A DNA stretch of 64,000 nt from Prevotella sp. (GTDB lineage: Bacteria; Bacteroidota; Bacteroidia; Bacteroidales; Bacteroidaceae), in contig JAFZSL010000002.1 in the NCBI GenBank assembly GCA_017619375.1, positions 23,679 to 87,678 on the forward strand, read 5' to 3'. The notes under the pieces are model-generated. The model was not told the origin of the DNA, ran no database searches, and was given only the letters and a program-made list of their open reading frames with translations. A program made the translations under genes and the position numbers. Below, piece after piece: positions 44,095 through 55,241 of this stretch (position 1 is the stretch's first letter; every line of letters begins with the position of its first letter).

Positions 44095-46635
44095 ATGGTA
44101 ACCGAAAAGACATTATGGAGCCATCGTCGTAACCGGCTGTTAATGGCTTGCTTTGTGTTGGCTGCGGGCTTTTCCATGACCTCTTGCTCTGATGAGTATG
44201 ATTTGGATGAGCGGTCCCCGGAAGGATGGGGGTCGAGCATCTACAATTGGCTTGTGGAAGACGGCAACTACACCAACACCGTTCGGATGATTGAGGACTT
44301 GGACTACAAGGAAGTGCTTGCAAAGACGGGTTCCAAAACCCTCTTTGTCGCTGACGACCAAGCCTACTCACGATTCTTCCAGAACAACAGTTGGGGGGTG
44401 AGAAGCTATGAGCAATTCTCCACTTCCCAGAAGAAATTGCTGCTCTTCGGCAGCATGATGGACAACTCGATGCAGCTCAACAGCCTGCCGAGTGTGGAGG
44501 GAACGCCACCCCGTGAGGGAGAGTGCATGAGGCGCTTCGCCTCCAACACGCCCTACGACTCCGTGGCCATACTCTATCCCCAACAGATGCCCGACAATCC
44601 TTATTGGGCACGTTACAGGGAGTCAGGCAAACCGATGGTGTGCATGACCGACAATTCCGTCGTGCCGCTTGTGCAGTTCATCGAGAAACAGTTGGTCAAC
44701 AAGCGCATCACCAACAACGACTACGACTTCCTCTACAACAAGACCACCCACAGGGTTTCTGGCGATGCCAGCATCAACGGCGTGCAGGTGGAATCTCCCA
44801 ACATCAAGTGCTCCAACGGTTTCATCCACAAGATGAGCGAGGTCATCATGCCCTTGCCCAACATGGCAGAACTGGTGGCGAAGAAGCCCAATGTCAGCAC
44901 TTACAACAAGTTGCTGGAACGTTTCTGCGCACCCTACTGGGTGGGAGAGGCTGTCACCACGCAGTATAATTATCTTTATGACCAAAATGTGGACTCCGTC
45001 TTCCAGAAGCGCTTCTTCTCCGAGAAGTCACAAGGCGGCAACCCGCTCAGCGCCACACCCACCAACGGTGCCGTCAACGGACTGTTGAAGTATGACCCTG
45101 AATGGAACGCCTACTACGCAGGACTCGACGACCAAGGCGGCAACATCGCCTTGCAGCGCGACATGGCCGTGATGATGGTCCCGAGCAACGAGGCCATGGA
45201 GGAATATTGGGAGTCGGGTGCCGGTCGTGTGCTGAAGGACTATTACGGTACTTGGGAGAACGTTCCAGACGAGGTGGTGGTGAAACTGCTGAACAACAAC
45301 ATGCTCAGTTCTTTCGTCTCCTCTGTCCCTTCCAAGTTCCAAGGCATCCTCAACGATGCCAACGACCCCATGGGCGTTGAGGTGTCGGCCATCGACTCTG
45401 TTTGGCTTGGCTGCAACGGCGCCATCTACCTTACCAACCACGTCTATTCACCCACCGCTTACGTCAGCGTCTCCTTCCCGGCCTTGGTCAACGAGAGCAT
45501 GAAGATCATCTATTGGGGCATCGAGCAGTTGCAGTATAATGTATACCTCAACTCCCTCAACTCCTACTACAGTTTCTTCATCCCCACCAACAAGGCGTTG
45601 CTGGAGTATGTCGACCCCGTCTCCTATGGCAAGAATCAGACACAACTCTTCAGGTTCCATTACGACCCCACCAAGGTCAACGTGGAAGACAGGGTGTGGG
45701 CCAGCATCTATAACTACGATCCGGTGACTGAGACCCTGGGCGACTCCATCGGAAGAGCAGGATACGAGATGGTGAGAAACCGCTTGAAGGACATCCTCGA
45801 CACCCATATCGTCATCGGCAATGTGGAGGACGGCCAGACTTACTACCGCACGAAGGGTGGTACGGAAATCAAGGTCACCAACGTGCATGCTGGCGCCAAC
45901 GGCATGACCGTGGAAGGCAGTTACCAGACCAACGAGAGTACTCCCCTCAGGGTGAATTACATCTACGACCAAACCGATGGTGGCAACGGCAAGAGTTACA
46001 TTCTCGATGACAAACCCATCATGGGAACGAGGCAGACCGTGAGGGACGTCCTCGCCAGCAAGCCGGAATTCTCCAAATTCCTCGAGTTGATGGACGGCAG
46101 CGGCTTGTTCGAGCAGATCCACAACCGTCGCAATGCTTGTGGCGGCACCAATGTCTCCGTCTTCAACACCTATCATTATACCATCTACGTCCCCACCAAC
46201 GAGAGCATCACCGAGTTGCAGAGACAAGGCAAACTCTCCTCCTGGGAGGCTGTCGATGCTTTCGAAGAGGCTGGCAACCTCACCGCCAAGACCCGCGACT
46301 CGTTGCAGATTGTCAACTTCTTGAAGTACCACATCCAGGACAACGCCCTCTTCATCGGCGCTGGTGAGGATTCCGGCGACTTCGAGACCGCTGTCATCGA
46401 CCCCGCCACCGAGCGCTTCTACAGGGTTACCGCACGCCTCACCGCCAACGGCATAGAAATTGTCGACCATGCGCGCAACACCCGCCATGTGGTCACTTCC
46501 AACCCCTCGCTCTACAACTTGGTGGCTCGTGAATTCCAGTACAACACCGCTGATGCGTCGAGTTCCAGTCAGATTGAGACTTCCTCCTCGGCAGTCATCC
46601 ATCTCATCGACCAACCACTGATGATACAGAATTGA
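44095..46635 (+). CDS. Multi-fasciclin (FAS1) domain lipoprotein
   Basis: Lipobox FSMTSC; KTLFVADDQAY; CSNGFIHKMSEVI; YSFFIPTN; YTIYVPTN; VIHLIDQPL; TAATTTTG at 44051-44058. Start at ATG 44095 preferred. Confidence 0.82.
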   Translation: MVTEKTLWSHRRNRLLMACFVLAAGFSMTSCSDEYDLDERSPEGWGSSIYNWLVEDGNYTNTVRMIEDLDYKEVLAKTGSKTLFVADDQAYSRFFQNNSWGVRSYEQFSTSQKKLLLFGSMMDNSMQLNSLPSVEGTPPREGECMRRFASNTPYDSVAILYPQQMPDNPYWARYRESGKPMVCMTDNSVVPLVQFIEKQLVNKRITNNDYDFLYNKTTHRVSGDASINGVQVESPNIKCSNGFIHKMSEVIMPLPNMAELVAKKPNVSTYNKLLERFCAPYWVGEAVTTQYNYLYDQNVDSVFQKRFFSEKSQGGNPLSATPTNGAVNGLLKYDPEWNAYYAGLDDQGGNIALQRDMAVMMVPSNEAMEEYWESGAGRVLKDYYGTWENVPDEVVVKLLNNNMLSSFVSSVPSKFQGILNDANDPMGVEVSAIDSVWLGCNGAIYLTNHVYSPTAYVSVSFPALVNESMKIIYWGIEQLQYNVYLNSLNSYYSFFIPTNKALLEYVDPVSYGKNQTQLFRFHYDPTKVNVEDRVWASIYNYDPVTETLGDSIGRAGYEMVRNRLKDILDTHIVIGNVEDGQTYYRTKGGTEIKVTNVHAGANGMTVEGSYQTNESTPLRVNYIYDQTDGGNGKSYILDDKPIMGTRQTVRDVLASKPEFSKFLELMDGSGLFEQIHNRRNACGGTNVSVFNTYHYTIYVPTNESITELQRQGKLSSWEAVDAFEEAGNLTAKTRDSLQIVNFLKYHIQDNALFIGAGEDSGDFETAVIDPATERFYRVTARLTANGIEIVDHARNTRHVVTSNPSLYNLVAREFQYNTADASSSSQIETSSSAVIHLIDQPLMIQN

Positions 46636-46654
46636 CAATTGAAACAAGACTACT

Positions 46655-49600
46655 ATGGCAACAAATAGAATAAAAAGAATCATTGGAGCAGTCATCCTAT
46701 GCCTCCAATTGTCAGTTCTCAGCATATTTGCACAGAGCCCCGGCGACATCGTCAGCGGCACTGTCAATGACACCTACGGACCTGTCATCGGCGCCAACGT
46801 CGTGGAGCTTGACGGCGCCAACCGTATCGTCGCCTCCACGGTGACCGACATCAACGGCAACTTCTCTTTGAAGATCGTGTCACCCAAGAACAAGTTGCGT
46901 TTCACCTATGTGGGCCACAAGACCGTCACCCAGTCCATCAACAAACTCAAGTATGACATCATGATGGGTGACGAGGAGCAACTCGACGAGGTTGTCGTCC
47001 TCTCCAAGAAACGTGCGGGAGGCTCTGGACTGGCCATTCCGGTCGATGAGATCTCCACCGCCCGTGAAAGCATCAACATGTCGGAGTTCGAGGGACTATC
47101 CATCACCACCGTCGACGAGGCGCTGCAAGGACGTATCGCAGGTCTCGACATCGTGGCCAACTCCGGCAACCTGGGTGCCGGCACCTCCATGCGCTTGCGT
47201 GGTGTGTCGAGTATCAACGGCTCCAGCGAGCCCCTCATCGTCGTCGATGGCAACGTATGGGAAACCAACACCAACAATTTCGACTTCTCTTCCGCCAATG
47301 AGGAGAAGTTCGCAGAACTCCTCAACGTCAACCCGGAGGACATCGAGAGCATCGACGTGCTCAAGGACGCCGCCGCCACCGCCATCTGGGGTTCGCAAGG
47401 TTCCAATGGTGTGATCGAGATCAAGACGAAGCGTGGTACGCGTGGCGCCACCAGGGCCACCTACAGTTTCCGACTCACCGGCACCTATCAGCCCAATGGT
47501 TACAAGATGCTCAATGGTGACGAATACACCATGCTGCTCAAGGAAGAGTATTTCAACCCGTCGATGAGTGATGACGCAAGCAACATCCCGGAGTTGAACT
47601 ACAATCCCAGTTTCCCGGAATACGAGATGTACAACAACAACACCGACTGGTTGAAGGAAGTCAAGCAGATAGGTTGGCGTCAGAACCACTACCTCGCCCT
47701 GAGCGGTGGTGGTGAGAAGGCCCACTTCCGCATCGGTGCCGGCTACGACCATGAGACCGGCTCCATCATCAAGCAGCAACTCGACCGCTTCACCTCACGT
47801 GTCAACCTCGACTATTTCGTCAGCGACCGCATCAAGATCGAGACCAACATCGCCCTCACCTACACCAAGAATGAGAAGAACAACGGCGACCTCCTCTCCA
47901 TCGCTTACACGCGCATGCCCAACCTCTCCATCTACGAGCAGGACAAGTATGGCAACGACCTCGATGAATACTACAGCATGCTACCCACCGTCTCCAACGC
48001 TTTGAGAGACCAGTTGAGCAACAAGAACCCCGTAGCATTGGCCTATCAAGCCAAGAACCACGACACCAGTTACAACATTGAGCCGGAATTCAAGTTGAAA
48101 TATAATTTCTTGGGACTGAGTGTTACGGATACCCAACTCAGTTATGAGGGCAAGGTGGTGTTCAACATCTTCAACCGTTATGAGGACACCTTCATGCCGC
48201 TCTCGCTCAGCACCACGGGATGGAACGACACCGATGGCAAGCAAAGCAACAGGACGACCGCCAACTCCTCCAAGAGTTTCGGTGTCACCACCACCCACAC
48301 GCTCACCTTCACGCCGGTGTTCAAAAACAAGGACCACTACCTCACGATGTTGCTCCGCGGCCAGTTGACCAGTGGCAAGAACAGTTCTCAGAGCACCGTG
48401 GAGTGGGGACTCCCCTCCGGCACCATCACCAGCCCCGCCGCAGCAGGCATCATCGACGGCATCAGCACCGGCAGTGGCCAGTGGAGGAGCATCTATTTCA
48501 CCTATTCCGCACACTATTCTTACAAGGGACGATATGCGGCCGATTTCTCTGTCCGTCGTGACGGCACCACCAAGTTCGGTTCCGACCAACGCTGGGGCAA
48601 CTTCCCCGCACTCTCCTTGAAGTGGCTCATCCACAAGGAGAAGTTCTTCACTGAGCATCTTCCTTGGATTTCCACGTTCTCCGTCCGTCCGGGCTGGGGT
48701 ATCGTGGGCAAGCAACCCGGTTCGGAATACCTTTATTTCAGCAAGTATGCCAATGGAAGCGGGTATATGAACGAGCGAAGCATCTATCCGCAGAACATCC
48801 AGTTGAAAAACCTGAAATGGGAACAGAAAGAGACCTGGAACGTTGGTTTGGACTATGGCTTCTTCAATGAGCGCATCACCGGCAACGTCGAGTTCTACCG
48901 CCAGTACACCACCGACCTGCTGATGAGCGGCAGGGGCATTCCCACCTCGTCGGGTTACAGTCAGTTTGCATGGCAGAACGTGGGTGAGATGAAGAACATC
49001 GGCTGGGAGTTCAACATCAACGGCAACCGCATCATCAGAGCTGGAAAGTTCAGCGTCGATTTCAACGTCACCTTCGCCAACAACAAGAACCAGATCACCG
49101 CCATGGAGGAAACCTGCCTCGCCAGTCTCAACAGTGAGTTTGACCGCAGCAACGGTTCCTACCTTTCCCGCGTGGAACTCAACCGCTCGTTGGGCAGCAT
49201 CTACGGCTTCCGCTACAAGGGTGTCTATCAATACTCCGACTACTCACCTGAGGAAATCAAGGGTGTCAGCGGTCCCAACGCCCCCGTTGTCAGGGATGAA
49301 AACGGCGTGGTCATCATCGACGAGAACGGCATGACCAAGCCGATGACCTTCTGCTACGGGTCTGTCAACTATGAGTTCCGTGGTGGCGACGCCATCTACG
49401 AGGATGTCAACCACGACGGCCAAATCAACGAACTTGACATCGTCTATCTCGGTTCGTCACTGCCAAAGTTCACCGGAGGTTTTGGTTTCAAACTCAATTT
49501 CGGCCGTTTCACCTGGAACAATCAGTTCAACTTCAGGTATGGCAATAAAATAGTGAACCGCGCGCGCATGCGTGTAGAGAATATGTATTCCAACAACAAC

Positions 49601-49951
49601 CAGAGCCGCGCCGTCAATTGGAGATGGCGTGTCGAGGGTGATGTCACGGAAATACCACGCGCACTCTATCAGTATGGTTACAACTGGTTGGGAAGCGACC
49701 GCTTCGTGGAAGACGGGTCGTTCATCAGGCTCAATTACTCGCAGATCAGTTACAGTCTTGATCCCAAAATGCTCAAGAAATGGGGACTGAAGCAAGTGAG
49801 TTTCTATGTCTCGGCCAACAACTTGTTCTGCCTCACCAAATATTCCGGTGCTGACCCGGAAGTAGGCTACGGTTCGTTCGGATTGGTGACCGACGAAGCC
49901 AAGACACCTCGCTCGAAATCTTTCACAGGAGGCATAACGATTCAATTCTAA
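46655..49951 (+). CDS. SusC/RagA family TonB-dependent transporter
   Basis: N-terminal extension ending LDEVVV; plug LQGRIAG..MRLRGVSS..PLIVVDG..NPEDIESIDVLKDAAATAIWGSQGSNGVIEIKTKRG; LKWEQKETWN; RFVEDGSFIRL; terminal Phe. Confidence 0.97.
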   Translation: MATNRIKRIIGAVILCLQLSVLSIFAQSPGDIVSGTVNDTYGPVIGANVVELDGANRIVASTVTDINGNFSLKIVSPKNKLRFTYVGHKTVTQSINKLKYDIMMGDEEQLDEVVVLSKKRAGGSGLAIPVDEISTARESINMSEFEGLSITTVDEALQGRIAGLDIVANSGNLGAGTSMRLRGVSSINGSSEPLIVVDGNVWETNTNNFDFSSANEEKFAELLNVNPEDIESIDVLKDAAATAIWGSQGSNGVIEIKTKRGTRGATRATYSFRLTGTYQPNGYKMLNGDEYTMLLKEEYFNPSMSDDASNIPELNYNPSFPEYEMYNNNTDWLKEVKQIGWRQNHYLALSGGGEKAHFRIGAGYDHETGSIIKQQLDRFTSRVNLDYFVSDRIKIETNIALTYTKNEKNNGDLLSIAYTRMPNLSIYEQDKYGNDLDEYYSMLPTVSNALRDQLSNKNPVALAYQAKNHDTSYNIEPEFKLKYNFLGLSVTDTQLSYEGKVVFNIFNRYEDTFMPLSLSTTGWNDTDGKQSNRTTANSSKSFGVTTTHTLTFTPVFKNKDHYLTMLLRGQLTSGKNSSQSTVEWGLPSGTITSPAAAGIIDGISTGSGQWRSIYFTYSAHYSYKGRYAADFSVRRDGTTKFGSDQRWGNFPALSLKWLIHKEKFFTEHLPWISTFSVRPGWGIVGKQPGSEYLYFSKYANGSGYMNERSIYPQNIQLKNLKWEQKETWNVGLDYGFFNERITGNVEFYRQYTTDLLMSGRGIPTSSGYSQFAWQNVGEMKNIGWEFNINGNRIIRAGKFSVDFNVTFANNKNQITAMEETCLASLNSEFDRSNGSYLSRVELNRSLGSIYGFRYKGVYQYSDYSPEEIKGVSGPNAPVVRDENGVVIIDENGMTKPMTFCYGSVNYEFRGGDAIYEDVNHDGQINELDIVYLGSSLPKFTGGFGFKLNFGRFTWNNQFNFRYGNKIVNRARMRVENMYSNNNQSRAVNWRWRVEGDVTEIPRALYQYGYNWLGSDRFVEDGSFIRLNYSQISYSLDPKMLKKWGLKQVSFYVSANNLFCLTKYSGADPEVGYGSFGLVTDEAKTPRSKSFTGGITIQF

Positions 49952-49970
49952 TATGGAAAATATTACCATT

Positions 49971-51653
49971 ATGACAGATAAAATCAAACATATCATGGTT
50001 GCCGCATCCCTGGTGTTCACTCTGACGGGATGCTCCGACTTCCTCGACATCCTCCCCATGAACGAGGTGGTGCTCGAAAACTTCTGGACGGAGAAAGGCG
50101 ACGTGACCAGCGTGGTGAACAGTTGCTATGAAACGCTCGAAAGCGGAGACTGCCTCACCAGGATGGGCGTATGGGGAGAGTTGCGCTCCGACAACCTCAG
50201 ACTCGGTGGTTCAGTGCCCAACGAGATCAATGAAATCCTCAAGGAGAACCTTCTCCCCTCTAACCCCATGTGCAGTTGGGCGAGTTTCTATGTGGCTATC
50301 AACCGTTGCAACACCGTTTGCCATTATGCACCGATGGTGCAGGAAATCGACCCCAATTACACGTTGGAGGAGATGAAGGCGAACATAGCGGAGGCTTCCG
50401 CCATCAGGGCGCTCTGCTATTTCTACCTCATCCGCACCTTCCGCGACGTGCCCTACACCACCCAGCCCAGCATTGACGACACACAGAATTACATTCTCCC
50501 CGCCACGCCGTTCAATGCCGTGCTCGACTCTCTCATCACCGACCTCGAGAAGGTGAAGGACGACGCTGTCAGGAGATATTATCAAGATGACAGCCCCAAT
50601 GCCTACCAGAACTCGAGCAAGATTACACGTTGGGCCATCTACGCCTTGCTTGCCGACCTCTACCTGTGGAAAGGCGACTGGGACAACTGCATCAAGTATT
50701 GCGACTTGGTCATCGATTTCAAGAGGGAGCAATACAAGGAGATGATCGAGCGTGAAGGCAATGTCAACAACATCGCGCTCTTCGGCGACATCCCCATGAT
50801 CCTGGAGAAGCCCGTGGGCAGCACCGTCTGCGGCAACGCCTACAACGAGATTTTTGGAGAGGGCAACTCCTTCGAAAGCATCTTTGAATTGTATTTCCGC
50901 TCCAACCAGAGCCAGCAGAACTCATGGGTGAGCAGTTATTACGGTAACAACAACACCACCATGGGACGCCTCAGCGCGCCCGACTTCCTCTGCAAGGATG
51001 CCGCTTTGGGAAACAACCTGATTTTCAAGAAAACCGACGGAAGAGTGTATGAGTCCACCGAACTCGACAACTCCAGTTACGCCATTACGAAGTTCGTGAG
51101 AAGGAGCGTGAGTTATTCCACCCAGAACGTCACGAAGGAGTCCGACCTCAACTTGTCGAGTTCACGTCGTTCCAGCGCCGATGCCAACTGGATCTTCTAC
51201 CGTCTCAGCGACATGCTGCTCATCAAGGCGGAGGCAGAGATACAGCGTGGCGAGGGCGGTTACGAAAGGGCTTTCAACCTCATCAACATCGTCAACAAGA
51301 GGGCTAACGACGTCATCAACAATGCTCGCACAGACACGTTGAAGATGGGCGACTATGTCACTTCCAAGGCTTCCATGGAGGAACTTCTGATGGAAGAGCG
51401 CCAGAGAGAGTTCATGTTCGAAGGAAAGCGTTGGTTCGACCTTGTCAGGGTGGCAAGGAGGGATGGCAACAACACCAGGCTCATCTCTCTCGCCTCAAGG
51501 AAATACATCGAGAATGTCAATGCCATCAAGATCAAACTCGCCGACCCCAACATCATCTACTTCCCCTATGCGAAGAGCGAACTCAAGGTGAACCCGCTGC
51601 TTGTGCAGAACCCCGCGTTCGGCAACGAGGAAGACAATGAACTGACCAAATAA
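49971..51653 (+). CDS. SusD/RagB family lipoprotein
   Basis: Lipobox TLTGC; FYVAINRCN; RALCYFYLIRTFRDVP; ALLADLYLW; YRLSDMLLIKAEA; ERQREFMFEGKRWFDLVR; LVQNPAF. Confidence 0.96.
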   Translation: MTDKIKHIMVAASLVFTLTGCSDFLDILPMNEVVLENFWTEKGDVTSVVNSCYETLESGDCLTRMGVWGELRSDNLRLGGSVPNEINEILKENLLPSNPMCSWASFYVAINRCNTVCHYAPMVQEIDPNYTLEEMKANIAEASAIRALCYFYLIRTFRDVPYTTQPSIDDTQNYILPATPFNAVLDSLITDLEKVKDDAVRRYYQDDSPNAYQNSSKITRWAIYALLADLYLWKGDWDNCIKYCDLVIDFKREQYKEMIEREGNVNNIALFGDIPMILEKPVGSTVCGNAYNEIFGEGNSFESIFELYFRSNQSQQNSWVSSYYGNNNTTMGRLSAPDFLCKDAALGNNLIFKKTDGRVYESTELDNSSYAITKFVRRSVSYSTQNVTKESDLNLSSSRRSSADANWIFYRLSDMLLIKAEAEIQRGEGGYERAFNLINIVNKRANDVINNARTDTLKMGDYVTSKASMEELLMEERQREFMFEGKRWFDLVRVARRDGNNTRLISLASRKYIENVNAIKIKLADPNIIYFPYAKSELKVNPLLVQNPAFGNEEDNELTK

Positions 51654-51682
51654 GCACCGCAAACCTTTAACAGATAAGAATC

Positions 51683-53608
51683 ATGAAGAAATTACCCATA
51701 TTCCTATTCGCCGTCCTGGTCATTTGCGCTGTCGCTTCATGCGTCGATAATGACGACGACGTTCCCATGAACTACTACCAGTCGAAGAAGGTCACTGCGG
51801 CAGGCTTCCTGGAGGAGAACCAGGAGCAGTTCAGTGAGTTCATCGCCATCCTCAAGCGGACGCCATATTTCTCCATGCTGTCCACTTATGGCACCTACAC
51901 CCTCTTCGCCCCCAACAACGAAGCCATCGGAAGGTATCTCAGCCGCTCCGGATACGGCAATGTGGACAACATCCCCACTGAGACTTGCGACACCCTTGCG
52001 CGCACGCACATCATCAAGAAGGGTGCCTTCTTCACCACCGACATCGGCGAGGGTGCCTTGCCCGAACTCAACATGGACGATTCCTACATCGTCCTCTCGA
52101 GCGACTCCGATGTCAACAACCACAATGCGCTCGTCTATTACATCAACAAGAACTCCAAGATGATCGACTACAATGACTCCGTCACCAACGGTGTCGTCCA
52201 CGTCATCAACAACGTCATCTCCTCCAGCAGCCTCCTCCTCCCCGACAAGATTGCAGAGGACCCGGAACTCACCCTATTCTCGCAGGCACTCAGCCTCACC
52301 GGAATGTGCGACTCGCTGGTGAAATATCTCGATGAGTCCTACTATTGCAGCGAGGACTCCGTGCATGAGGGCGTGATGGTGCGATGCACCTCAGGTTCAG
52401 CCCTCTACACCCGTTCGTTCTGGCCGGAGAAGCGCTATTTCAAGTACACCGCCTTCGTCGAACCGGACTCCGTCTATCGGAACAAGGGCATCAACAACAT
52501 AGAAGACCTCAAGGCCTACGCCAAGAGCGTCTATGACCAGACCTTCCCCGAAGATGCCGGAAAATACGACGACAATCCCAAGGACCGCAGGAACCCGCTC
52601 AACCGCTTCGTCAGTTACCATCTTCTGCCCCGCATCGGACAATACAACAGTTGGGTGATGTCTGGAGAGTTGAGGGAGCACTGCTGGTACACCTCGCTCA
52701 GCGACCCAGAGGAGTTCTATGAGACGATGTGTCCCGGCACCATCATGAGGTTTGCCGGACCATCCGCAGGCCTCTTCATCAACCGCAAGGGTTTGCAGAA
52801 CAGGTTCACCGTGCGCGGTGTCAAGGTTCTCTCCCCATCTGAGTCAGGCTCCACCGACCAGAATGCACTCAACGGCGTCTATCACTATCTCGACGACATC
52901 CTCGCCTACACCCCGGAAGTCAGGGACGTGGTGCTCAACTGCCGCATCCGCATCGATGCCACCGTGCTGAGTCCCGACTTCATGAACTGCAACGGACGTG
53001 GGCGCTACGGAGAGGACATCCTCACCGGCTTCAAGAACCAGTACATCACCGACTGGAAGGTGAGCGACGAAACCTATGTGGGCGTGCATAGCGACGTGGG
53101 CTATTGGAACTCCTACCAGGCCAACGCCGTCTGTATCAGTGGTGTCTTCGACGTGGCCTTCAAACTCCTCCCCGTGCCTTCGGGCACCTATGAGGTGAGG
53201 CTCGGCTACACCGTGGGCGAGGAACGTGGCGTCGTGCAAGTCTATCTCAACAACGAGCCTTGCGGCATCCCTGTCGACCTCAGGGTCTATGGTCCCGACC
53301 CCAACATCGGATGGATGGAGGACACAGACGACGAGGAAGAGAACAGGGCCAACGACAAGGCCATGCACAACAGGGGTTACATGAAAGGCATGGACAGTTA
53401 CCGTCCATGGGATGCCGACCATCCTCTTCGTGGCAACAACTGGAACCTCAGAAGGGTCCTTGCCACGCAGTACCTCGACTCCAACAAGACTTATTACCTG
53501 CGCTTCCGCCAGGTGCTCGACGACCCGGACCGTTACTGGTCCTTCGACTACATCGAACTTTGCCCGAAGAGCATCTATGGAAGTCCTGAGGGAGAAGATA
53601 CGCATTAA
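51683..53608 (+). CDS. Fasciclin-domain lipoprotein (SusE-positioned)
   Basis: Lipobox AVASC; YTLFAPNNEAI; NGVVHVINNVI; YTAFVEPD; NGVYHYLDDIL; C-terminal beta-sandwich GTYEVRLGY..DYIELCP. Confidence 0.82.
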   Translation: MKKLPIFLFAVLVICAVASCVDNDDDVPMNYYQSKKVTAAGFLEENQEQFSEFIAILKRTPYFSMLSTYGTYTLFAPNNEAIGRYLSRSGYGNVDNIPTETCDTLARTHIIKKGAFFTTDIGEGALPELNMDDSYIVLSSDSDVNNHNALVYYINKNSKMIDYNDSVTNGVVHVINNVISSSSLLLPDKIAEDPELTLFSQALSLTGMCDSLVKYLDESYYCSEDSVHEGVMVRCTSGSALYTRSFWPEKRYFKYTAFVEPDSVYRNKGINNIEDLKAYAKSVYDQTFPEDAGKYDDNPKDRRNPLNRFVSYHLLPRIGQYNSWVMSGELREHCWYTSLSDPEEFYETMCPGTIMRFAGPSAGLFINRKGLQNRFTVRGVKVLSPSESGSTDQNALNGVYHYLDDILAYTPEVRDVVLNCRIRIDATVLSPDFMNCNGRGRYGEDILTGFKNQYITDWKVSDETYVGVHSDVGYWNSYQANAVCISGVFDVAFKLLPVPSGTYEVRLGYTVGEERGVVQVYLNNEPCGIPVDLRVYGPDPNIGWMEDTDDEEENRANDKAMHNRGYMKGMDSYRPWDADHPLRGNNWNLRRVLATQYLDSNKTYYLRFRQVLDDPDRYWSFDYIELCPKSIYGSPEGEDTH

Positions 53609-53636
53609 CATCAATCACTAACAGACAAAAATCATC

Positions 53637-55241
53637 ATGATGAACCATAAATATATCATCTGTGCCATCTTCGCCCTCTGCGGCCTCGTTGGTTGTTCAG
53701 AATGGGATGACCATTACGAGGACACCAGCGTGGCTGGAAGTTCCACCACGCTATGGGAGGAACTGAAGGCGAAACCCGAACTCAGTGACTTCTGTCAGGT
53801 GTTGGAGCAGACCAAGGTTTTCAGAATGCACAAGAAGACCCCTGTGAGTTATGCCGACCTGCTCAACAGCGGGCAGTCGTTCACCGTCGTGGCGCCGGTC
53901 AACGGTACTTTCAACAAGGATTCGTTGCTCAATCTCGTGCAGACCAACCAGGGCGACTCCGTCGTGGAGCGATTCTTCGTGCTCAACCACCTCTCGCGCA
54001 CCCTCCGCTCCGTCACACCCGTTCCCGACAACATGTTGCTGCTCAACTCCAAATACGTGGAGGTGGGAGTGGATGCCATCGAGGGTGTTGGGGTCGTCTC
54101 TCCCAACAACCATGCCAAGAACGGCGTGCTCCATGTCACAGCAGGTCCGCTGCCCTATCGCTACAGCCTGTATGAGCAGTTGTGCAACAATACCGGACTC
54201 AACCAGATCGGCACGGTGCTCCGCACCTACCAAGAGGACTATTTCGATGCCGAACACTCCGTTTCCAGCGGCATCGTGGAAGGTGTCCCTGTCTATGTCG
54301 ATTCTGTTGTCATCGAGCGCAACAAGATGTTGCAACGCATCGGATACATCGACTCCGAGGACTCCACCTACATGATGGTCGTCCCCTCCAACCAGGGATG
54401 GGCGAAGGCATGGGAAGAGGCCAGCAAGCATTTTGTCTATGACGAGAAAGTGCAGAAACGCGACTCCTTGCAGCAGTATTGGACCACTCGCGCACTCCTC
54501 GACGACGCCATCTTCAATGTCACCGACCAGAAGTCCGTGCAAGATTCACTCGTCTCCGTGCAATATACACGTTCCACACCGGAATACCACGTCTTCTACA
54601 AGCCGTTCGCACAAGGAGGCATCCTCGCGGGAGCCATGCCGGTGGAGTGCAGCAACGGCCAATTGTATGTCACTCAGGAGTGGCCCTTCAATCCGACAGA
54701 CACCTATTTCAAGGAAATCTGGAGCGAGGCTGAGTCCACGCAACTCATCTTGCAGGAAAAAGACTGCCAGTACAACGTCAGGCACATCTCTTCCGACAGC
54801 ATCTCCAAGGGAGGATACCTGCATGTCATCCCTCGTACCGCCACCTCCAACTGGGAACTCACCTACAAGGTGAACAACACCCTCAGCGGCGACTACGACG
54901 TCTGCGCCATCATCCTGCCCAAGTCGGTTGACAACCCCATCAACCCCAACTTGAAACCATGCAAGTTCAGGGCCACCATCACCTACGTCGATTCCCTCGG
55001 CAACGAGCAGTCGTTCAACTGTGGCAACACACAGTTCAAGACCATCCCCGAGGTGGTGGACACCGTGGTGGTTGCGGAGAACTTCCATTTCCCCGCCTGC
55101 AACTTCGACCAGAACGACATCAAGGTCACTGTGAAACTGACCTGCTCCATCCTGGCGAGAGAGACTTCCACCTATGCTCGTGAGATGTATATCGACTGCA
55201 TCTATCTGAGACCAAGAACCACTAAATCCGAAGAACAATGA
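53637..55241 (+). CDS. Fasciclin-domain lipoprotein
   Basis: Lipobox GLVGC; WDDHY; FTVVAPVN; KNGVLHV; YMMVVPSN; CSNGQLYV; C-terminal IDCIYLRP. Its stop overlaps the next start (ATGA). Confidence 0.82.
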   Translation: MMNHKYIICAIFALCGLVGCSEWDDHYEDTSVAGSSTTLWEELKAKPELSDFCQVLEQTKVFRMHKKTPVSYADLLNSGQSFTVVAPVNGTFNKDSLLNLVQTNQGDSVVERFFVLNHLSRTLRSVTPVPDNMLLLNSKYVEVGVDAIEGVGVVSPNNHAKNGVLHVTAGPLPYRYSLYEQLCNNTGLNQIGTVLRTYQEDYFDAEHSVSSGIVEGVPVYVDSVVIERNKMLQRIGYIDSEDSTYMMVVPSNQGWAKAWEEASKHFVYDEKVQKRDSLQQYWTTRALLDDAIFNVTDQKSVQDSLVSVQYTRSTPEYHVFYKPFAQGGILAGAMPVECSNGQLYVTQEWPFNPTDTYFKEIWSEAESTQLILQEKDCQYNVRHISSDSISKGGYLHVIPRTATSNWELTYKVNNTLSGDYDVCAIILPKSVDNPINPNLKPCKFRATITYVDSLGNEQSFNCGNTQFKTIPEVVDTVVVAENFHFPACNFDQNDIKVTVKLTCSILARETSTYAREMYIDCIYLRPRTTKSEEQ